Positions 1 through 10,010 are shown, counted from the stretch's first letter. The stretch is DNA of 64,000 nt from Candidatus Fervidibacter sp. (GCA_041446875.1 JBGOEW010000006.1:4326-68325); one strand, 5' to 3'. Numbers and translations: made by a program. Notes: a model not told the origin generated them from the sequence alone.

Positions 1-96
1 GGCGCCGGCGGTGGGTTCAGCGGGTTTGGTGGCGGTGGTGGAGGCGGCGGTTTTTCGGGAGGCGGGTTCGGTGGCGGCGGAGGCGGCGGTTGGTGA
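1..96 (+). CDS. 3' end of a gene with a Gly-rich C-terminus (probably TPM/DUF477 family), truncated by the window edge
   Basis: Frame 1 reads GAGGGFSGFGGGGGGGGFSGGGFGGGGGGGW*. The GGGFSGGGFGGGGGGGW tail is typical of TPM-domain (YgcG-like) proteins. Confidence 0.6.
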   Translation, partial: GAGGGFSGFGGGGGGGGFSGGGFGGGGGGGW

Positions 97-300
97 AAAC
101 GGCAGCGACTGGCGAATAGCGATTGGCGACCGGTCAAACGGCAGCGATGGGCGATTAGCGACTGGTAAACGGCAGCGAAGCGAATAGCAAACTGGCGAAT
201 TGTGGCTATTTAGCCACGACGGAAAAAACAGCCACGACGGAAAACGGAAGCAGCCACGACGAAAACAATCAGCCACGACGGAAAACCGAAGCGAATGGAG
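97..300. repeat. Composite intergenic repeat: heptamer blocks plus AGCCACGACG(G)AAAA tandem copies
   Basis: AAACGGCAGCGA at 97, 136 and 167. GTGGCTA-TT-TAGCCAC palindrome at 202-217. AGCCACGACG(G)AAAA at 212, 230, 252 and 271. Confidence 0.85.
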
Positions 301-307
301 TGAGCCA

Positions 308-1855
308 TCAAAGGGGCAAGGCAACGCCGTCGCCGCGAAGGTCGGCACAGCCGCACCAACTGTCGCCGACCCGCTCAATGCCGTGCGCCACGCCCGTCCC
401 ACCAGGGTAAGGGACGAGTTGCGGTTGCCAGCCGAGGGAGAACAACTCTGTCGGGTCAGCCAACCCTTGCTCCACGAGCAAAGTTCGCCCGCCCAGCCAA
501 AGGGCGCGGGGTGCTTCTATCGCCGCTTGCAACGACATCCCAAAATCCAGCCAACGGAGCAAAATCCATGCGTGAATGGTCGGGCGGAAATCGCCGCCAC
601 TGGTGCCTAAAAGCCCTTTCACTGCGCCCCGTTCGTCCAACACCAGCAACACCGAAAGGGTGTGGCGGGGTCGTTTACCGCCCATCAGTTCGTTGGGATG
701 TCCTTCCGTCAGCACGAAGTTGGCGCCGCGATTTTGAAAGAGCACGCCCGTTTGAGGCTCCAAAATGCCCGACCCGAAAGCGTGAAAGAGGCTTTGAATG
801 GCTGAGAGGGCGTTGCCGTCAGCGTCCACGATGACGAAGTTAGTCGTGTCGCCGTCCGAGGAAGCCAACCGAAGGGGCGGTTGCGAAAGGCGTTGGCGCA
901 AGCGCTCAAGGCGTTCGGGGCTCAAAAGCATTTCGGGCGGATGAGGCACAAAGTCTGGGTCGGCAAGGTAAGCGTCCCGCTCTTCGGCGACGAGGGTGGC
1001 GATGGCAGCGACATGGGCGACTAATTCCGCTGCTTTCCACCGATTGACAGGCAACGATTGCAGCAGCGCCATCGTTTGGAGCGTGGCGATGCCCAACGAA
1101 TTAGGTGGAAGTTCCAACAGCGTGACATTGCGGTAGCGCAGGGAAATTGGTGACACCCATTCGCCACGATGGCTGGCGAAATCGTTGGGCGTCATCGGGC
1201 TGCCCAAGCGTTGCAAATGAGTCGCCAACTTTTGTGCTGTCTCGCCCGCATAAAACCCGTCTCGCCCTTCGGCGGCGATGCGCTGAAGGGTTTGCGCCAA
1301 AGCGGGTTGGCAAAGGCGTTGCCCTGCGGTCAAGGGCTTGCCGTTGCGGAAGAAGACGGCGCGACAACCTTCATCGTGCGCCAATCGTTCGGCGTTGGTG
1401 GCGATGGCGTGGGCAAGTTTGGGTGAAACGACGAAACCTTCCTCGGCGACAGCGATAGCGAATTGCCAAAGCGATGCCCATCGGAGTCGTCCAAAGCGTT
1501 GATGGAGTTGCCAGAGGGCATCCACCAAGCCCGGGGCGGTGACCGAAAGAACGCTGTAGGTGGGCATCGTTCGCAAACCTCGTCGGCGCAAATCGGCGGC
1601 GGAAAGATTTTTGGGGGCGCGCCCACTGCCGTTGAAAGCGAGGGCGGTTTGCTCTTTCGCCAACCAAGCCAACCCAAAAAAGTCGCCACCCAACCCACAA
1701 AGGTGCGGGGTGACGACGGCGAGGGTGGCGCCGACGGCGACAGCGGCGTCGGCGAAGTTACCGCCTTGACGAAGAATTTGCCAACCTGCCAGCGTTGCGA
1801 GCGGATGTTCCGAAACAATCATCCCCTTGACAGACCAGGCGGGCATCTTGAGCAT
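308..1855 (-). CDS. ggt: Gamma-glutamyltransferase family protein
   Basis: N-terminal GGNFADAAVA...PHLCGLGGD, autoprocessing GDTTNF (Thr nucleophile), KRPRHTLS and GTSGG motifs. The start is placed at ATG 1855, just after the upstream stop; the ORF track starts at 1879. Confidence 0.92.
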   Translation of the reverse strand: MLKMPAWSVKGMIVSEHPLATLAGWQILRQGGNFADAAVAVGATLAVVTPHLCGLGGDFFGLAWLAKEQTALAFNGSGRAPKNLSAADLRRRGLRTMPTYSVLSVTAPGLVDALWQLHQRFGRLRWASLWQFAIAVAEEGFVVSPKLAHAIATNAERLAHDEGCRAVFFRNGKPLTAGQRLCQPALAQTLQRIAAEGRDGFYAGETAQKLATHLQRLGSPMTPNDFASHRGEWVSPISLRYRNVTLLELPPNSLGIATLQTMALLQSLPVNRWKAAELVAHVAAIATLVAEERDAYLADPDFVPHPPEMLLSPERLERLRQRLSQPPLRLASSDGDTTNFVIVDADGNALSAIQSLFHAFGSGILEPQTGVLFQNRGANFVLTEGHPNELMGGKRPRHTLSVLLVLDERGAVKGLLGTSGGDFRPTIHAWILLRWLDFGMSLQAAIEAPRALWLGGRTLLVEQGLADPTELFSLGWQPQLVPYPGGTGVAHGIERVGDSWCGCADLRGDGVALPL

Positions 1856-1860
1856 CGTCG

Positions 1861-3969
1861 TCACCACCGCGTCAGCCATTCAATGAGGGATTGCCACGAC
1901 CATTGGGAGCGGACGAACCAGCGGGCGTAGTTGCGGGCTTGTTGGCGGAAAGTTTGCAGGGCTTGGCGGGCGGCTTGGCAATCTTCATCGGACGGTTCAA
2001 CGCCTGCGTAAAGCGTTATCACGACCAAATCCGCCAAGCGTCGGAAGGCTGACCTGCCCGCGACGGGGAAGCGAGGGATGGTGTCGCACCGTTGGGCGTT
2101 TTCCCAAGGGGTGTCGCGAATGTCAAGGGGCAAACCCAAGCGGCGGGCATAACGGACGGCGGAAAGGTAAGCGTCTACGAGGCGGCGCCAACGGGGCTTA
2201 GGGCGATAAGTCTCCCAAGCGAGGCGCCCCGCTTGAACGGCGAGGGGGAAGGCAGCCATCATCCAAAGGGCAGCAACCAGCCACCAGATGAAATTGGGAC
2301 TGACAAGGGAGAGGCGGTAAGAGCGGGACACCCATTGCTGCATGCGTTGGAGGAGATTTTGGCGGCGGGTGATGGCGCCGCTGGGGGTGGCGTCCAAAGT
2401 GACCCAACCGTGCCCGTCAATGTAGGCTTCCACCCAAGCGTGGGCATGGCTGGCGCGAATCAAAAGCGTCCCTTCGGGGGTGACTTCATCGCTGTAAAAG
2501 CCCGTGATGACGCGGGCGGGAATACCGACGGCGCGGCACATCAAAGTCAGGGCACTGGCGAACCAATCGCAGGCGCCCTCTCTGGCTTCAAAGAGGAAGA
2601 ACGCCACGACATCACGAGGTTCGCGCCAAGCAGGCGGAGGGGAAATGGAATAGCGATAGTGTGTCCGAAGGAAGGCTTCCAAGGCTTTCGCCTTTGCGTA
2701 AGGTGTGTCCAAGCCCTGCGTGATTTGTTGGGCTAAGAGGCGGACGGGATGCAAGTAGTAGGGAAAGGCGGTAAGGAGACGCCGCTCCATGGGTTTCAAG
2801 GGTGGGTCGGTGTCAGGGGGCGGGGGAAGTTCGGGGAGGGGACGGGCACTCACGCGATAGCGATAAGTTTCCAGTTGACGCAAGGGCAGCAGACAACCGC
2901 TGGGCGTTCGGGGCACAGGGAAGGGCGAAGTTTGACGGATGCGAAGCCGTTGGACGACGCCAGGAACGGGCAGTTCATTCAGGAAACCCAAGGGGGCGGT
3001 GATGATGGCAGTTTGGGTCGGCAGGCGGTGGGGCGGGTTGGTTTCCCAGACCAACTCCACCACACCCGGTCGGTTGGTGGGGCGCACCGAGAGGGGTAGT
3101 TGAGGCTCGGTGTCCAAAGGACTAACGCGCCAGCCTGAGCCGAGGTAATGAGTGTAAGAACGAACCCGCCAACGGGGATAAGTTGTGCCCCGCACCTCGT
3201 AAATCACGGTGTCGGGCAAGTTGATCGGACCACCGGGCATCGTGAAGACATCGGGGAATTCCACGCCGCTACCGACAAGGGTCGCAAACTGGATGCGGGG
3301 CAGGCGCATCAGTTGGCGGCTTAAGGGCTCTTGCAAGAGGGTGGCGGGGGGCACCAACAGCAAGCCGATAGTCAACACGAAGGCGCTGGCGATCACGGCT
3401 AATCGCCAACAGTAGCGCAAAAACATCGGCGCCGTGATAGCGCCCAAATGTCCCCGTTGCCATCGGATCAAAAGGCTTTCGGCGCTGACCAAGAACAAGC
3501 CGATGACCATCGCCATGACGATGCCCCAGACACTCTCTGCCGTCACAAATAGCGGGATAATCAGCCCAAAGAGGGAAAGGGTGGGGACGACGAGGAAGGA
3601 AAGCCCTGCGTAAAATTGCCCCCAGTTTCGCCCGACCCAGAAAGCGACCAAGACAGTGACGATGCTGACCACCGCCAGCCATGCGATATCAGCAGGGGCG
3701 TTCCCTAAGAAGGCGAGGGGAAATTGGGTGACCAAGAGGGAAAGGAGCGTCCCTTGTCCGCCCAGCCAAAGGAGCCATCCGATGCCTTTGCCCCAAGGGG
3801 TGTGGGTTTGAAGGAAATTCGCCACGATTCCAAGGCTCGCCAGCGAAAAACACATCAAGGCAAAGGAAGGGCTTTCCACCGTCAAACCGACCATCCAGAA
3901 ATCCACCGCCAACAAAACGAGGGCAGCAAGATAAAGGGGCGAAAAAACCACCCACTTTCGCGTCGTCAT
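1861..3969 (-). CDS. Membrane-anchored transglutaminase-like protein (TgpA/DUF3488 type)
   Basis: Several N-terminal TM segments and the catalytic GACDWFASAL (Cys), HAWVE (His), LDATP (Asp) triad. ATG 3969 overlaps the upstream stop (ATGA). Confidence 0.9.
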   Translation of the reverse strand: MTTRKWVVFSPLYLAALVLLAVDFWMVGLTVESPSFALMCFSLASLGIVANFLQTHTPWGKGIGWLLWLGGQGTLLSLLVTQFPLAFLGNAPADIAWLAVVSIVTVLVAFWVGRNWGQFYAGLSFLVVPTLSLFGLIIPLFVTAESVWGIVMAMVIGLFLVSAESLLIRWQRGHLGAITAPMFLRYCWRLAVIASAFVLTIGLLLVPPATLLQEPLSRQLMRLPRIQFATLVGSGVEFPDVFTMPGGPINLPDTVIYEVRGTTYPRWRVRSYTHYLGSGWRVSPLDTEPQLPLSVRPTNRPGVVELVWETNPPHRLPTQTAIITAPLGFLNELPVPGVVQRLRIRQTSPFPVPRTPSGCLLPLRQLETYRYRVSARPLPELPPPPDTDPPLKPMERRLLTAFPYYLHPVRLLAQQITQGLDTPYAKAKALEAFLRTHYRYSISPPPAWREPRDVVAFFLFEAREGACDWFASALTLMCRAVGIPARVITGFYSDEVTPEGTLLIRASHAHAWVEAYIDGHGWVTLDATPSGAITRRQNLLQRMQQWVSRSYRLSLVSPNFIWWLVAALWMMAAFPLAVQAGRLAWETYRPKPRWRRLVDAYLSAVRYARRLGLPLDIRDTPWENAQRCDTIPRFPVAGRSAFRRLADLVVITLYAGVEPSDEDCQAARQALQTFRQQARNYARWFVRSQWSWQSLIEWLTRW

Positions 3970-5165
3970 ACCCTTCCCTCCCCTGCCCCTATCGGGCGTG
4001 ATGGGATGGCTACTTCCTGTGAGCGCCACGGCAATTGCCAAACGAGCCAACCTGCCTGCGCCGCCCCCTCAAATCGGGCTAAGAAGGGCGACAAGGGCGT
4101 CGTCAAAATCACGCCCGCACCTTGCTCGGCGAAATCCTCAGGCAACATGTAAGGCTCAGGGGAAAGCAACGCCAGCGAGCGCCAAAGGGCGTGCCAATCT
4201 TTGCCCGTCACGGTCAAAGGTGGGTCGGGCGGCACCCAAAAATGCACCTGATAGCCATCCCGAAACCATCTTTGCAGCAAAAAAGCGGCGAACCGCACCA
4301 ACTCATCCAGCGTCGTCTCTTCGTCGGTCAAGGGGCAATGGGCGTGGGGATGGCGATCCAGCAAAAGCAGGCAACCTTCCCGCAGGGCAGGCAACATCTG
4401 TCGGACGAACAACTCGTCCCGATGGGCAGTGATTTTCCAGTGGAGATAGCGCAAAGGGTCGCCCGGTTGATAAGGGCGGACGCCCCACGCTTCTGCGCCT
4501 GTCGGCGTCGGCAGCCAAAGGGCTGCGGTCGTCTCCTCCCACCGAGGGATTTGCTCAGCACCACGCGGTGTCAAGTCAAGGGGCTTGGGTCGGGGATAGA
4601 CGAGGATAGCAGCATCCATCTTCACCGACCGCCGCACGATGAACAACCCGAGGGGGTCTTGCCCCCAAAGTTCTGCCGTCCCGACAGGATGCAAACCCCG
4701 TCGGCGAAACCAAACTGTCAAGGTCGCTTCCGCTGGTTGTTGACGGGTGGCATGCCCAAAGACGAGGTGCGAAGGTCGGTCCGTTTGCGCCCCGCTGGGC
4801 AAAGTCACCCGCGCCTCCACGAGGAAGCGAGGCAATCGCCCCTCGTTCACCAACCGCAAGCGCAAAGTCGTCGGTTGCCCCTCTACCACTTCAGGGGTGG
4901 CGACCACTTCCAGCCGCAGGGGATGCAAAAGCCAATGGGCAAAGAAGAAGGCAAACGCCCAAAGCAACATCAGGCTGAAAGTGATCAGGAACAGCAACGG
5001 GATGCCCAAGACGAGGCTGACTAAGGCGAAGACGATGATGGCGGTCAGCAACGCCGTCCGACGAAGGCGGGGCGTTAGCAGGGTCGTCTCCATGTCATTG
5101 GGCAGCCTTTGAGCGTCTTGGGCATCCATGCCTTCTCGCTCCCTTTCCCCTAAGGGTTTTGTCAT
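3966..5165 (-). CDS. DUF58 domain-containing protein
   Basis: N-terminal TM, RRGLHPVG...DPLGLF...LVYP and VRPYQPGDPLRYLHWK motifs. Lies between moxR and the transglutaminase with ATGA overlaps. Confidence 0.9.
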   Translation of the reverse strand: MTKPLGEREREGMDAQDAQRLPNDMETTLLTPRLRRTALLTAIIVFALVSLVLGIPLLFLITFSLMLLWAFAFFFAHWLLHPLRLEVVATPEVVEGQPTTLRLRLVNEGRLPRFLVEARVTLPSGAQTDRPSHLVFGHATRQQPAEATLTVWFRRRGLHPVGTAELWGQDPLGLFIVRRSVKMDAAILVYPRPKPLDLTPRGAEQIPRWEETTAALWLPTPTGAEAWGVRPYQPGDPLRYLHWKITAHRDELFVRQMLPALREGCLLLLDRHPHAHCPLTDEETTLDELVRFAAFLLQRWFRDGYQVHFWVPPDPPLTVTGKDWHALWRSLALLSPEPYMLPEDFAEQGAGVILTTPLSPFLARFEGAAQAGWLVWQLPWRSQEVAIPSRPIGAGEGRV

Positions 5166-6127
5166 CGCTCCAAAGGGGGCGGAGTATTGTGAAGGACTTC
5201 TGCGACGATTTGCTCAACGGTTAAGTGACGGGCGGTTGCCTCTGCCTTCAGGATAAGCCGATGGGAAAGGACCGCGGTGGCGACGGCTTTGATGTCATCA
5301 GGCGTTACGAAAGTCCGTCCGTGCATCAATGCCCACGCCTGACCTGCCCGCATCAGCCCTAACGACCCGCGAGGGCTTGCGCCCAAGGCAACAGCGGGAT
5401 GCTGGCGGGTGGCTGTCACTAATTGGACGATGTAGCGACGAAGGGCGGGGCTCAAATGCACCTGCCGCACCAGCCGCTGCACCGCCAAAACCCCCGCACT
5501 GTCAAGGACTGGCTCTAAGCGTTCCAACGGGTGTTCAAGGGCTTGCTGTTGCAAGATGAGGGCTTCTTCCTCAGGTTGGGGATAACCCAAGTGCACCCGC
5601 ATCAAAAAGCGATCCAGTTGGGCTTCGGGCAAAGGGTAAGTGCCATGCCGCTCAATGGGGTTTTGGGTGGCGATGACAAAGAAGGGGCGAGGTAAAGGGT
5701 AAGTGACTCCGTCCACGCTCACTTGCCCTTCCCCCATCGCTTCCAGCAAAGCCGATTGCGTTCGCGGGGTCGTTCGGTTGATTTCGTCCGCCAAAACGAT
5801 GTTAGCGAACACCGCACCGGGGCGAAACTCAAACTCGCCTGTCTTCTGGTTGAAGACCGTCACACCCGTGATGTCGGAAGGCAATAGGTCAGGTGTGAAT
5901 TGGATGCGCTTGAAAGTCCCGCCGATGCATTTCGCTAAGGCTTTCGCCAAAGTCGTTTTGCCCACGCCAGGGATGTCTTCAATGAGCAAATGCCCCTCGG
6001 CAAAAAGCGTCGCCACTGCCAAGCGCACGGCGTAACTTTTGCCGAGGATGACTTTCTCCACCGCCTCCGCCACTGCCGCCATCGCTTGGGCTGCGCGCTC
6101 AAACTCTTGCGATACTGTCAACGCCAA
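5162..6127 (-). CDS. moxR: MoxR family AAA+ ATPase
   Basis: HLLIEDIPGVGKT (Walker A), RIQFTPDLLPSD, LADEINR (Walker B), ATQNPIE and LDRF motifs. Confidence 0.95.
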   Translation of the reverse strand: MALTVSQEFERAAQAMAAVAEAVEKVILGKSYAVRLAVATLFAEGHLLIEDIPGVGKTTLAKALAKCIGGTFKRIQFTPDLLPSDITGVTVFNQKTGEFEFRPGAVFANIVLADEINRTTPRTQSALLEAMGEGQVSVDGVTYPLPRPFFVIATQNPIERHGTYPLPEAQLDRFLMRVHLGYPQPEEEALILQQQALEHPLERLEPVLDSAGVLAVQRLVRQVHLSPALRRYIVQLVTATRQHPAVALGASPRGSLGLMRAGQAWALMHGRTFVTPDDIKAVATAVLSHRLILKAEATARHLTVEQIVAEVLHNTPPPLER

Positions 6128-6157
6128 AACCTCCTTGACGGCACTGGCTTTTTCCCG

Positions 6158-7069
6158 CTACCGAAGGGATGAAAGACGCCAATGCCGCCCGTCTGTCCAG
6201 ACCAGTAACCCACCCTGTGCATCGGTTCGCCAAATCGTGGCGTTTAAGGCTTGCAACGCCGCCAGCGTTTTGGCAGCGGGATGCCCGAAGGGATTATTGC
6301 GCCCTGAAGAGATGACCGCTACCTTTGGACGCACCGCCCGAAGGAAAGGCGCAAGGACATGCCGCGAACCGTGATGAGGCACATCCAATATCGTCGCCTG
6401 CAAATCCATCCCGCTGTGCAAGAGCCATCGTTGGGCTTGCTCGCCCGCATCGCCCGTCGCCAGCAAACTCACCGCACCAAACCGCACTTTGATAACGGCG
6501 GAAGCGTCATTGGCATCCATCGGCGACGAACGCGCTGGCATCCCGTCAGGCGGACCGAGCACTTCGGCGACGACGCCATGACGAGCATCCAACCACAACT
6601 TTTGTCCTTGACGAATGCGAACGATTTTTGCCCTTGCTTGTTGTATCGCCGCTTCAACGGAGAGATAACCTGCCTCCACACTGGAAACAATCGGTTGCCA
6701 AAACAGAGTGGGCGGCAACGCCTGCACGAGCGTAGGCAGCGCATTGCAATGGTCATCGTGGGGATGGGAGACGAGGACGGCATCCAAGCGGCGCACGCCC
6801 AGCCGACGCAGAACAGGCAAGATGGTTCGCTCCGCCACTTCCGCGCCTCGGTTGTCTTCGCCGTAAGCATGGCTGCCGCCGTCTATCATCAGCGTCCGCC
6901 CGTTGGGTGCTACGACGAGCAAGCATTTGCCCTGCCCGACATTTACGAAGGCGAAAAGCGCGGTGGGATGCCATTCTCTCCATGCCGTCCAACCGCTCCA
7001 TCCCATTAGCAGCAGCAACCCGAACAAAGCGATGTGCCTTCCCCTTGACAACATCCCTTCTGCCTTCAT
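6158..7069 (-). CDS. ComEC/Rec2-like metallo-beta-lactamase fold hydrolase (standalone, one N-terminal TM)
   Basis: VNVGQG, LIDGG, SHPHDDH, NDASAV, LATGDA, VPHHGS and NNPFGHP motifs of the ComEC C-terminal MBL domain. Confidence 0.85.
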   Translation of the reverse strand: MKAEGMLSRGRHIALFGLLLLMGWSGWTAWREWHPTALFAFVNVGQGKCLLVVAPNGRTLMIDGGSHAYGEDNRGAEVAERTILPVLRRLGVRRLDAVLVSHPHDDHCNALPTLVQALPPTLFWQPIVSSVEAGYLSVEAAIQQARAKIVRIRQGQKLWLDARHGVVAEVLGPPDGMPARSSPMDANDASAVIKVRFGAVSLLATGDAGEQAQRWLLHSGMDLQATILDVPHHGSRHVLAPFLRAVRPKVAVISSGRNNPFGHPAAKTLAALQALNATIWRTDAQGGLLVWTDGRHWRLSSLR

Positions 7070-7090
7070 GCCGCACCCGCCCTTTCACGG

Positions 7091-8986
7091 CTAATGCCGC
7101 TCTTCCCGCACCTCTGCCGTCTCTCGTCCCGTTGGGAAACGGTGCCACGAACGGCTGCGGATGAACTCCACCAGCGGCAGGGCGTATTCGGCACGGGAGA
7201 AAGGTGGGACGAGGAAAACGCCAGGGCAATGCGCCAACGCGACTTCAATCAACTCTTGGGCGATGGCGATGCCTTCGGCAAGTTGTCGCTCCTTTGGGGC
7301 ACTTTCCATGCGACGCAGCACTTCGTCGGGCAACCGCACCCCAGGGACGGTTTTCCAAAATGCCGCATTGCGGGCGCTAATGAGGATGGCGATGCCGACG
7401 AAAATCGGGACGCCGATTTCTTCCATGACTTGCCCACACGCCGTGATGCGCTCGGGATCAAAGACGGCTTGCGTCAGGACGAACTGCGCGCCTTTAGCGA
7501 CTTTGCGTCTCAGCCGTTTCACTTCCGCCGCCAAGTTGGGCACATTGGGGTTGAAGCCTGCGCCGATCAAAAAATCCGTCCGCTTGCCGATGGGCGCATC
7601 CACCCAGTTGACGCCCCGATTGAGTTTGCTCAGCAACTCCATCAGTTGGAAACTGTTCAGGTCATAGACGCTGCTGGCGCCGACATCGGGCGCTAAGCGG
7701 GCGGGGTCGCCTGTCACCGCCAAGACGGCGGGGATGCCCAACACCGCCATCCCCATCAACAGCGATTGCGCCCCGATGAGGTTGTGGTCGCGCCCAGCGA
7801 AATGGCAAATGGTCGGAACTCCTGCTTCCCGTTGCATCAAAAACGCCATCACCAAATTGCTCAGTCGCACCGACGCTAAGGAGTTGTCGCCGAGGCTGAT
7901 GGCGTCCACGCCCGCCCGCGCCAACAACTTCGCCCCCTCCAAAATCGGCTCGTAATTAAGCCCGCGTGGCGGGTCTAACTCCACGATGACGATGGGTTTG
8001 CGCCAAAGTTTGCTCAAAAAGTTGGGCATGGGCGATTTCAGTTTCGGTTGCTCTTCGGGCTTGACTTCTATGCGACGGGCGATGCGGGGTTGAGGTGCTT
8101 TCGTTCGCAAGCGTTCAGCAAGCAAGCGGATGTGTTCAGGGGTCGTCCCGCAACAGCCGCCAATCAAATTCGCCCCTGCCTGCCGAAGGTCTTCGCCCAA
8201 CCTCGCAAACTCGTCGGGTTCGCCCAAATAGACGAACCGCCCGTCCACATATTGGGCGTAACCGAGGTTGGGAAACGCCGTGATGGGCAATTCAGTCAAT
8301 TTCGCCAGCGCCTGCACGATGCTCAGGTTGCGTGTCGGCGAAATGCCGCAGTTTGTCCCGATGCCGTCAATGCAAAGTCGCTCCAACTCAAAGACTGCCA
8401 GTGCTGCCCGCCCTTCCGCGCTCCGCTCCCCTTCATCCATCGCTGCCAACTGGGCGATGACAGGCAAGTCGCAAACTTGCTTGGCAACTTTCACGGCTCT
8501 GCGCAAATCGCTCAAATCCACGAAGGTTTCCAAAAGCAAAAGGTCAACATCGGCTTCCGCAAGGGTGACGATGAGTTGGTGGTAAGCGTTCTCCAACTCT
8601 TCGTCGCTCAACTCCAACGGGTCTTTCAACCGACCGATGGGACCGACCGAACCAGCGACGAAGGCGTCGGCGCCCGTTTCAGCGATCGCTTCACGCGCCA
8701 ACCGAACGGCGGTTGCCACGATGTCGCGCAACTGCCCGTCCAAGCCGTAACGCTGCAACCGCAGCGGGTTCGCCCCGAAGGTGTTCGTCGTGACGATTTG
8801 GGCACCTGCCAAAAGGTAATCGTGGTGGATGGCTCGCACCAAATCGGGGGCGGACAAATTCGCTTGTTCGGGCGGCAACCCTTGCGGGAAGCCCCGCCGC
8901 CAAAGTTCCGTCCCCATCGCCCCATCGCCGACAAAAACAACTTCCCGCAACCGCTCCATCAATTGACGCCCCCGTTGCGTTCCCAT
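7091..8986 (-). CDS. yitJ: Bifunctional homocysteine S-methyltransferase / 5,10-methylenetetrahydrofolate reductase
   Basis: DGAMGT, TNTFGAN, GTNC and IGGCCGTTPEHI (HMT domain), followed by VELDPP and TGDP (MTHFR domain). Confidence 0.92.
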   Translation of the reverse strand: MGTQRGRQLMERLREVVFVGDGAMGTELWRRGFPQGLPPEQANLSAPDLVRAIHHDYLLAGAQIVTTNTFGANPLRLQRYGLDGQLRDIVATAVRLAREAIAETGADAFVAGSVGPIGRLKDPLELSDEELENAYHQLIVTLAEADVDLLLLETFVDLSDLRRAVKVAKQVCDLPVIAQLAAMDEGERSAEGRAALAVFELERLCIDGIGTNCGISPTRNLSIVQALAKLTELPITAFPNLGYAQYVDGRFVYLGEPDEFARLGEDLRQAGANLIGGCCGTTPEHIRLLAERLRTKAPQPRIARRIEVKPEEQPKLKSPMPNFLSKLWRKPIVIVELDPPRGLNYEPILEGAKLLARAGVDAISLGDNSLASVRLSNLVMAFLMQREAGVPTICHFAGRDHNLIGAQSLLMGMAVLGIPAVLAVTGDPARLAPDVGASSVYDLNSFQLMELLSKLNRGVNWVDAPIGKRTDFLIGAGFNPNVPNLAAEVKRLRRKVAKGAQFVLTQAVFDPERITACGQVMEEIGVPIFVGIAILISARNAAFWKTVPGVRLPDEVLRRMESAPKERQLAEGIAIAQELIEVALAHCPGVFLVPPFSRAEYALPLVEFIRSRSWHRFPTGRETAEVREERH

Positions 8987-9023
8987 CGGTCAATCACCTT
9001 CCTTGCCCGTTCGCTGTGAAGCA

Positions 9024-10010
9024 TTAGGGCGCAAAGCCTTGCGCCCCTACTTTCCTGCGGCTCAACCGCAACTCGTGGCTGCCATCGGGTCGGCTCATCT
9101 CGTAGTAGCACCACAACTCGTCGCCAACAAGCACCGCATCCAAGTAACGCAACGAACCCGTCCCATACGGGGCAACAAGGGCGGGTCGGCTCAAACTCAC
9201 CCGCTCCCAACGCCGAAGGTCAAAACTGAAGGCGATGCCTGTCCGCTCCTCATAGTTTTCGTCCACCGTGCGACTGCCATCGTAAAAGGCGACGAAGACA
9301 GGTGGCAACCAGACGATGCTGCTGATGCGTCCCGCATAGCCGTCCCATTCGCCAAAGCGATTGCTGAACACCTCGCCTTGCCAGTGCCAATTTTCGGCAT
9401 CGGTGCTCATTGTCAAGCCTGTGGCGCTGCGGGAAAGCCCCGTCGCAAACACATCGCCCGTCGCATGCATCGCTTGGCGTATTTCTTCCGTGACGGACGG
9501 CGGGGTCGGCGAGAAACTGACGAACATCAGCCATAAACCTGCCAGTTGATAAATCACGGGGTCTTTGACACCTTCCACGCCCACTTCGCTGGCTGTCAAG
9601 ACTTTGCGCCGTTGCGTCGGGTCAAAGCGGTCAGGCGAGGGGGCGTCAAGGGCGTCAATGCGCCAGCGTCGGTCGGCAGGGTCAACGAAACTGACGAACA
9701 ACCGCCATCGGTTGGGTTCAAGGCGAAGGAGGGCGCATCGCTCCATGCTCTCCGTGCCCCACTGCTCCTTGCTTACTTCCCAAACGGTCGTGAAGTGGAT
9801 GCCGTCGGCGCTGCGGGCGATGCGCACCAAATAGCCCCGATGGGGATGGGGTTTCCGCAAGCGATAAACCAGCCACACATCACCGCTTTCGTCCCACCAG
9901 ACGCTGGGCGCTCCCGCCCAATTGCCCCGCCCTTCGGCAGGCGGCGGCACAAGGGTGGTGCCGTCCGTCGGGTCAAAAAGGGGCACGATACCCCAGCGGC
10001 GCATTTCCAT
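9024..10010 (-). CDS. Five-bladed beta-propeller glycoside-hydrolase-like protein (GH32/43/130-like clan)
   Basis: WAGAPS, ARSADGIHF, GVKDP, FYDG and RYLD motifs typical of propeller glycosidase folds. The start is uncertain (10004-10049). Confidence 0.6.
   Translation of the reverse strand: MEMRRWGIVPLFDPTDGTTLVPPPAEGRGNWAGAPSVWWDESGDVWLVYRLRKPHPHRGYLVRIARSADGIHFTTVWEVSKEQWGTESMERCALLRLEPNRWRLFVSFVDPADRRWRIDALDAPSPDRFDPTQRRKVLTASEVGVEGVKDPVIYQLAGLWLMFVSFSPTPPSVTEEIRQAMHATGDVFATGLSRSATGLTMSTDAENWHWQGEVFSNRFGEWDGYAGRISSIVWLPPVFVAFYDGSRTVDENYEERTGIAFSFDLRRWERVSLSRPALVAPYGTGSLRYLDAVLVGDELWCYYEMSRPDGSHELRLSRRKVGAQGFAP

Noticed and set aside
97-300. Possible mini-CRISPR array
   Set aside because: The repeat units are 12-15 bp with 3-8 bp (AGCCAC set) or repeat-like spacers, far below CRISPR dimensions, and there are no cas genes in the window.
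8987-9023. SAM riboswitch upstream of yitJ
   Set aside because: Only 37 bp separate yitJ from the upstream gene, and there is no S-box consensus.
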